Below are positions 58,612 to 64,000 of a stretch of 64,000 nt of DNA, in pieces. The stretch is from the IMG/VR virus record IMGVR_UViG_3300021400_000063; one strand, given 5' to 3'. Position numbers and translations under genes: made by a program. Under the pieces are notes generated by a model. The model worked only from the letters and a program-made list of their open reading frames with translations. It did no database searches and was not told the DNA's origin. How positions within the stretch are numbered: position 1 is the first letter of the stretch; each line of letters starts with the position of its first letter. Origin of the DNA: a virus. Its lineage: Duplodnaviria > Caudoviricetes.

Positions 58612-59739
58612 ATGAAATTAAATACTTGGAACAAACCGACACAATTTTTAAACAATGTCGGGTTTGAATTAGAGCAAAGTAATATCTTAGAAGCACATCG
58701 ATACATCTATCTATTCTTTGCTCCAGAAGACATATTGAATCATCAAAACAATACAAACATTCCGCATAATCAGATTTATGGAAAAGCTATTCAAATAAAT
58801 TTGGCTATAGCGGGATCTGATGAAGAAATCAGTGTAGTTCCATGGATGAGGTGTACAAATGGAACAACAATGTATGCTTGTATGTATACTTATGATGTAA
58901 TGTTTGATACAGATATATCTAACTTTGTAAGTGCAAAATTTACATTGTTAAATGGTATGGCGGTATCATCTACAAATGATTATTCATTACATAAAACAAT
59001 GTCTAATGGTTCAGCATTATATTCTAAAGATTTACGTGATAAACCTGATATGAAAACTTTATTAGCAGCTAAAACTTTGGAATATGCTCCATCAGTTCCA
59101 CCTCCACAGTATTATACACCAACTCATCAGAATCTTTCAGAAAATGAAGTATATTGTATAACATCATTGGAAACAGCAATTCAATTTGAAGGACAAGAAC
59201 TTCTTGATGATTATACAAGAATTTCAGTAATGAATGTTTTGGATATTGATACTATGGAAAATAAAATGCGTGATAAATTGTATCAGATTAGGGCTGCTAG
59301 AAACAATCCATTATCAGGTGTAACCACTTATGATAGTACAGCTTTATCTGATCAATTATTGTTCCAGGAATTTGAATCCATGCAAAATGGTTATACTTAC
59401 ATTTATGATACTAACATGGGTGTAAATATAATTAAAACTGGAAAAGCATTTATTCCATTTGGTAAATGGCAATTCCAAGAAAAAATGGTTAATGATCTTG
59501 AAACTACATTGGATAGAATTAAATTCCATTGTAAACAGATAGAACGTGAACATGGTCCTGTAAGATTAATGTTCACACCATTGTATTTTGGAGATAAATT
59601 GGATGCGGTGTTTAAGGATTATAATCCCGACAATCAACCAATTTTAAAGAATAATGTAAATATCGATAATGAATCGAAAATTAAGAATGAAATATCTACT
59701 GAAATTTTCGATGCACAACAATTTCAAGAAGAGGAGTAA
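58612..59739 (+). CDS. Hypothetical protein
   Basis: 375 aa, GAGGAG SD, TTATATATT upstream. Confidence 0.8.
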   Translation: MKLNTWNKPTQFLNNVGFELEQSNILEAHRYIYLFFAPEDILNHQNNTNIPHNQIYGKAIQINLAIAGSDEEISVVPWMRCTNGTTMYACMYTYDVMFDTDISNFVSAKFTLLNGMAVSSTNDYSLHKTMSNGSALYSKDLRDKPDMKTLLAAKTLEYAPSVPPPQYYTPTHQNLSENEVYCITSLETAIQFEGQELLDDYTRISVMNVLDIDTMENKMRDKLYQIRAARNNPLSGVTTYDSTALSDQLLFQEFESMQNGYTYIYDTNMGVNIIKTGKAFIPFGKWQFQEKMVNDLETTLDRIKFHCKQIEREHGPVRLMFTPLYFGDKLDAVFKDYNPDNQPILKNNVNIDNESKIKNEISTEIFDAQQFQEEE

Positions 59740-59742
59740 AAT

Positions 59743-59961
59743 ATGCCACCAGAAGAAGTACTTACAAAAGAATTGTCTTATGAAGAATCTATAAGAAAAG
59801 ATGAACGACAAAAAGTGTATGAGGAGATTATCAAATATTGTGAAGAACAAAAATCAAAATTGATGAATCTCTCCATACCTATTAGAAACATGCCAATTTC
59901 CGTATTAAATAAAGTTATCGAATTTTGTTGTGATAATGAAACTGATGAAATTAAATGCTAA
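59743..59961 (+). CDS. Small hypothetical protein
   Basis: GAGGAG SD; IRKDERQK. Confidence 0.7.
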   Translation: MPPEEVLTKELSYEESIRKDERQKVYEEIIKYCEEQKSKLMNLSIPIRNMPISVLNKVIEFCCDNETDEIKC

Positions 59962-59977
59962 GTTATAGGGGGATAAA

Positions 59978-60952
59978 ATGGCTTACAGAACTAAATACCA
60001 CAATCTTATTTGGAATAATTATCTTAATAAAGTATTTGACTTTATTGGATTAACAACTGAAAGTTCGAGCGGATGTTCAAGAATTAAATGGGTTGGTTGT
60101 GATTATACAAAAAATAATAAACCTGTTCCTGCTTACTTTATTACTACAAAATATGATAAAGATAACAAAGTTGATGTTCAGAAAATCAATGTTCTTATTA
60201 AATCGCAGGATGAATTCTTTAACTATAAAGCTAACAAAGATCATTATGAGTATTTCAATCCAATTATTAAAAATAAACAGATGTTGAAATTACTTCTCAT
60301 GATGACACCAATTATCTATGAAAGATATTGTATTACTGAAGATTCTGATGATGATTTGAAAGAACTTGTAGACATGATTGTTTCTGATGAACGAACTGTA
60401 ACTCAGGAAGAAATTGTAAATCATGTTAATGTAAAACAATATCCTTCTGTTACAGGAGATGATGGTGAATTAGTGTATTCATTTGGAATGGATATAACTC
60501 GTGATAATGGTGAAACGTGTCATTTTACAGCATCAAGTAAAAACAAAAGTGTTGCGATTCTTCTCCTCATGATAAAGACTATTGAACTTATCGATGGCGA
60601 AGGTCCAGATCTTGATGAAAGTTATTTCGAACCAATTGAAACTGAAATTGAAGAACTATTTGAAGAATATGCTAAAGAAAGAGAACGTAACTATAAAGAT
60701 CTCAAGAATGTTGTAATTGAGAAAGAAGTTACAGATTTCTCTCAAGATCTTTCTGAAGATGATATCGCATTTGTTAACGATACAGATGATCTCATATCTC
60801 CTAATATGTCAGCTGAAACTGAAGCTAAACTTGTTGAAGAAAATACTGATAAAACTGGAACTATTAGCCTTTCTAATGTTTATCAGAATGTTATTCCAAT
60901 TATGCCAAAAGATTCAGATGATGAACCTGAAATGGATTTTGCATTTATCTAA
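59978..60952 (+). CDS. Acidic hypothetical protein
   Basis: 324 aa; terminator 60961-60999. Confidence 0.8.
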   Translation: MAYRTKYHNLIWNNYLNKVFDFIGLTTESSSGCSRIKWVGCDYTKNNKPVPAYFITTKYDKDNKVDVQKINVLIKSQDEFFNYKANKDHYEYFNPIIKNKQMLKLLLMMTPIIYERYCITEDSDDDLKELVDMIVSDERTVTQEEIVNHVNVKQYPSVTGDDGELVYSFGMDITRDNGETCHFTASSKNKSVAILLLMIKTIELIDGEGPDLDESYFEPIETEIEELFEEYAKERERNYKDLKNVVIEKEVTDFSQDLSEDDIAFVNDTDDLISPNMSAETEAKLVEENTDKTGTISLSNVYQNVIPIMPKDSDDEPEMDFAFI

Positions 60953-60999
60953 TAATTAACAAAAGAAGTAGGAGATTAATTTCTCCTACTTCTTTTTTT

Positions 61000-61013
61000 A
61001 ACAATTTAATATA
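61000..61013 (+). promoter_or_regulatory. Late-type promoter AACA-N6-TATA
   Basis: AACA atttaa TATA. Confidence 0.6.
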
Positions 61014-61057
61014 TCATTAATTTGATTAATAACTGAAACCGGAGATTTACTAGAGTT

Positions 61058-62032
61058 ATGAATACTTTATTTTTGCAAACTACGACACCTAATCCTATTA
61101 GTTCAGAAGCTATTAATCAAGTCCAATCTATCGTGAATACAATGGCATCTGATGCATTTCCAAAAGCATTCGGATTCTTGTGTTTAATTGTAGTAATTAT
61201 TTTTTTATTTTTAACTTTTGTTGCTAAGATTTTTGAAAAACTTCTTTCAAAAACTGAATACATTAAACTTGGCTTTTTAACATTTAAAAATAAAAAACAT
61301 ACAGATAATGAAACTAAAATCAATAATCACGAAATTGATATAAATATATTTATTCGAATACTCGATGTTATAATGACTGCTGAATTAGAAAAATTCTCAT
61401 CTGAAATTATAACAGCTACAAAAGATATTCGAAAAATAGAAGATACTTACGACGATCAAGCACACAATATTTTTAACAAAACATTAAATACTGTTAAAAC
61501 TGAATATCACGATAGATTATTAGTTGTTGCTATGAACACAACTGGATTTGATTTACTTAAGATTAAAAATAGTAGAGAATATTTCTTTATCTTAGACTTA
61601 CTGCGAGATTTTGAAATAGATTGGCTTAAGTGTTCAAAAGAAATAACTAGACGAAATGGGTTTGTCGAATTTTTAAATGATAAAAATAAATCTAAAGATT
61701 ATATTGAGGAATTGCAAGAATGTATCTTTCAATGTATAGATTCTCGTAAACTTGATATGACTGAAATTAAACGTGATGAACTTGAAGAATCATTAAAAAC
61801 TGTAAATACAGAAATGTATAATTCTCTTGAAAAGATGTTTACTAATTTAGCTAATCTTAAAAAATCAATGTTATTAAAACGTGAAGCTAAATTGAAATAT
61901 ATTGATGATACTGTTAAAAATTCAGCTACAAATATAATTACAATAATTAAAACACGTATTTTAAATAATATGATTAATGACACTTTACAGCTACAACATC
62001 ACGAAACTTCTAAGAATAATACAGATTTATAA
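61058..62032 (+). CDS. Late single-TM membrane protein
   Basis: TM segment FGFLCLIVVIIFLFLTFVA followed by a helical soluble domain; terminator 62051-62084. Confidence 0.7.
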   Translation: MNTLFLQTTTPNPISSEAINQVQSIVNTMASDAFPKAFGFLCLIVVIIFLFLTFVAKIFEKLLSKTEYIKLGFLTFKNKKHTDNETKINNHEIDINIFIRILDVIMTAELEKFSSEIITATKDIRKIEDTYDDQAHNIFNKTLNTVKTEYHDRLLVVAMNTTGFDLLKIKNSREYFFILDLLRDFEIDWLKCSKEITRRNGFVEFLNDKNKSKDYIEELQECIFQCIDSRKLDMTEIKRDELEESLKTVNTEMYNSLEKMFTNLANLKKSMLLKREAKLKYIDDTVKNSATNIITIIKTRILNNMINDTLQLQHHETSKNNTDL

Positions 62033-62091
62033 ATATAATAAATTCACACTGATCCTAGCTTTATGCTAGGATCTTTTCTTTTTTAGGCGTT

Positions 62092-62105
62092 GACAAACCT
62101 ATATA
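62092..62105 (+). promoter_or_regulatory. Late-type promoter GACA-N6-TATA
   Basis: GACA aaccta TATA. Confidence 0.6.
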
Positions 62106-62125
62106 TTTATATAATGGAGTTTATT

Positions 62126-64000
62126 ATGGGTATTAATACAAACTCATTTGAAAATTATAAAAATACTGTTGAAGCATCTGAAAAAGGTGGTTTTTTAAGT
62201 AAATTAAAAGGCTTCGGATTAGATTCACTTGGTGGTCTTGACTCATTTATGGGAAAAGACATCATAAATGCAAATAAATTATTAAAATCTTTTAAAGGAT
62301 TTAATCTCTCTGATATTCTTTCGAATTTAGGAGGATTTTTCCAAAACTTAGCGCTTTCAGCATTAGATATGTTGAAAGATATGGGTATGGATGCCCTGAG
62401 ACAACTTCAAAATGCTTCTATAAACTTTGCATCAAATCTTGTAGAAGATTTGTATAATAATGTACGTTCGATGATGTATATTCCTGATAATGCTTTTGCT
62501 TTAACATTACAAGGTTTATATGAAGCTGGTGCAGATTTAGCATATAACGATCATTATATTCGTTCTTCAGCTTTACAAAGAGATTGGACTATAAGTTTAA
62601 AATTTATAGATGATCAATATGGTATAGATTATAATATTCGAGATTATAAAGATCTTGAAAAAGATTTAGCTATATGTGCTGAACATTCATGCGTTAATAA
62701 TTTGTACTATATATTCCGTAAAATATACGATCAATTAAATGATGTTCGATCTGATATAGTTGTATCAGAAACATCTTTAAAACCATATTCAAATACTATT
62801 AAAGGTTTCAAGCTTGTATCTTATGATGAAATACCTAATTGTGATAATCTTTATGTACAAATTGGTGAAGAAAAAACTAAAATTAATAAAGATACTGAAC
62901 AAGGTATAAACTTTATTCAAAATCATAAAGATATGGATTATTATACTGAAACTATAATCGATTATGAAGGTATAGCTAATGGTTTGTATTTAGGTTATAA
63001 CTATGAAACAATTGAAACTAAAAACGATGTTGAAGCTAAATATAATGCTTATTTAGAGAATGTTAAACTTGTAAAAAATATAGAACGTTTAATGTTAGTT
63101 TATTTTAAATCATTAATAGTTCATAGTTATACATATTTAAATGCTTCTTCTGTACAAAAATTCTTTTCTGATTTTGATACTGTTCTTTTACCTAAGTATT
63201 ATGGAAAAACTGATGATAAATATAATGGAACATACGCTTTTACACAAAATGATTGTTTAATAATGATGCCTGATTATAAAGGCAATGATGTTACTAAAAG
63301 TGATATGTATACCCAAGAATTATTAACTCAAAAAAATAATGAATATATCGCTGTATCAGGTGCTAGATCAGAAGCTTCTAAAGCTGCTATGGAAGCATTG
63401 GAAGCTAAAAATGCTGCTAAAACAACTACAGCTTCTGCAGCAGAAGCTGGTACCACTGGAGCTATAGCTAAAATTAAAGCATTTAGAGCAAATGCAATGG
63501 AAGCCGTAGCAAAAAATCAAAATGTTTCATATACAGCTAATATTAAGAATGGAATATCTAAAACACTTCAAAATAATTCTAACAGTTTATGGAATAGATC
63601 TGGAAGTGGAATTAATGCTAAACAAGATAGTAAACGTATTTCTTCTATGTATGATCGTGATGTTGTTAAAAAATATGAACTTGTTGGAAGTTTATCTGAT
63701 GCATTGGATGAGATAGATTTTTTAAATAAAGATACTGAATATATTGTTTTAAGAAATAAAAATATTAAACAAATTTATGCTCTTTTAGCTAATCCTACTA
63801 TTTATGGTAATAATAGAATGGTTAATGATTATTTCTATAAACGTTGTCAGATAAAAACAATGAATACTTTAAATCAATCATTAGCTAAGGCTGGAAGTAT
63901 TTTAGGTTCATCTTACGCTGTACAAGCGCTATTTGATCTCGAAAATGCTGTTGATTCATCAGCATATGTATATCTTAAGAAAGTAGAAAACTATCTTTTA
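62126..64000 (+). CDS. Large late protein, probably virion, partial (runs off window end)
   Basis: GGAG SD, ATG 62126 (MGINTNSFENYK...), frame appears open to the window end; late-type promoter. Confidence 0.7.
   Translation, partial: MGINTNSFENYKNTVEASEKGGFLSKLKGFGLDSLGGLDSFMGKDIINANKLLKSFKGFNLSDILSNLGGFFQNLALSALDMLKDMGMDALRQLQNASINFASNLVEDLYNNVRSMMYIPDNAFALTLQGLYEAGADLAYNDHYIRSSALQRDWTISLKFIDDQYGIDYNIRDYKDLEKDLAICAEHSCVNNLYYIFRKIYDQLNDVRSDIVVSETSLKPYSNTIKGFKLVSYDEIPNCDNLYVQIGEEKTKINKDTEQGINFIQNHKDMDYYTETIIDYEGIANGLYLGYNYETIETKNDVEAKYNAYLENVKLVKNIERLMLVYFKSLIVHSYTYLNASSVQKFFSDFDTVLLPKYYGKTDDKYNGTYAFTQNDCLIMMPDYKGNDVTKSDMYTQELLTQKNNEYIAVSGARSEASKAAMEALEAKNAAKTTTASAAEAGTTGAIAKIKAFRANAMEAVAKNQNVSYTANIKNGISKTLQNNSNSLWNRSGSGINAKQDSKRISSMYDRDVVKKYELVGSLSDALDEIDFLNKDTEYIVLRNKNIKQIYALLANPTIYGNNRMVNDYFYKRCQIKTMNTLNQSLAKAGSILGSSYAVQALFDLENAVDSSAYVYLKKVENYLL

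Noticed and set aside
2192-63716. Numerous 60-165-aa ORF-track entries antisense to or out of frame within long genes (e.g. 7491-7928, 17312-17785, 18600-19097, 42846-43205, 63522-63716)
   Set aside because: Shadow ORFs of AT-rich coding sequence with no evident SD or motifs
1-64000. Stop-codon reassignment (TAG or TGA)
   Set aside because: Conserved genes are full length in the standard code, and TAG and TGA end genes directly before terminators or next starts
1-64000. tRNA, rRNA, integrase or transposase genes
   Set aside because: None recognised by eye; a tRNAscan/Aragorn run would be needed to exclude atypical tRNAs

Overview
Strongly AT-rich, gene-dense, mostly plus-strand segment of a jumbo bacteriophage of the phiKZ/AR9(PBS1) type that encodes its own multisubunit RNA polymerases; the standard genetic code fits throughout. 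Recognisable genes are a split family-B DNA polymerase (exonuclease plus motif A only), a separate minimal PolB-like protein, NAD+-dependent DNA ligase, UvsX/RecA, a GyrA/ParC-type topoisomerase subunit, four split RNAP subunits (beta-N, beta'-N with DFDGD, beta-C, and a probable virion-RNAP beta'-C), a probable sigma-like subunit, two tandem radical SAM paralogs, two HNH-like paralogs, two zincin peptidases and several large probable virion proteins. Two promoter classes can be read from the intergenic DNA: an early-type TATATT motif (four copies as TTGYAA-N18-TATATTAT) and an AR9-like late motif RACA-N6-TATA. The most unusual signals are non-coding: a pseudoknotted ~160-nt RNA with three GNRA tetraloops (13490-13648), a transcript tiled end to end with hairpins that also carries a 46-codon ORF (5467-5733), and a two-state SD-sequestering leader (5768-5845). 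All protein assignments come from motif recognition by eye; no database search was run.
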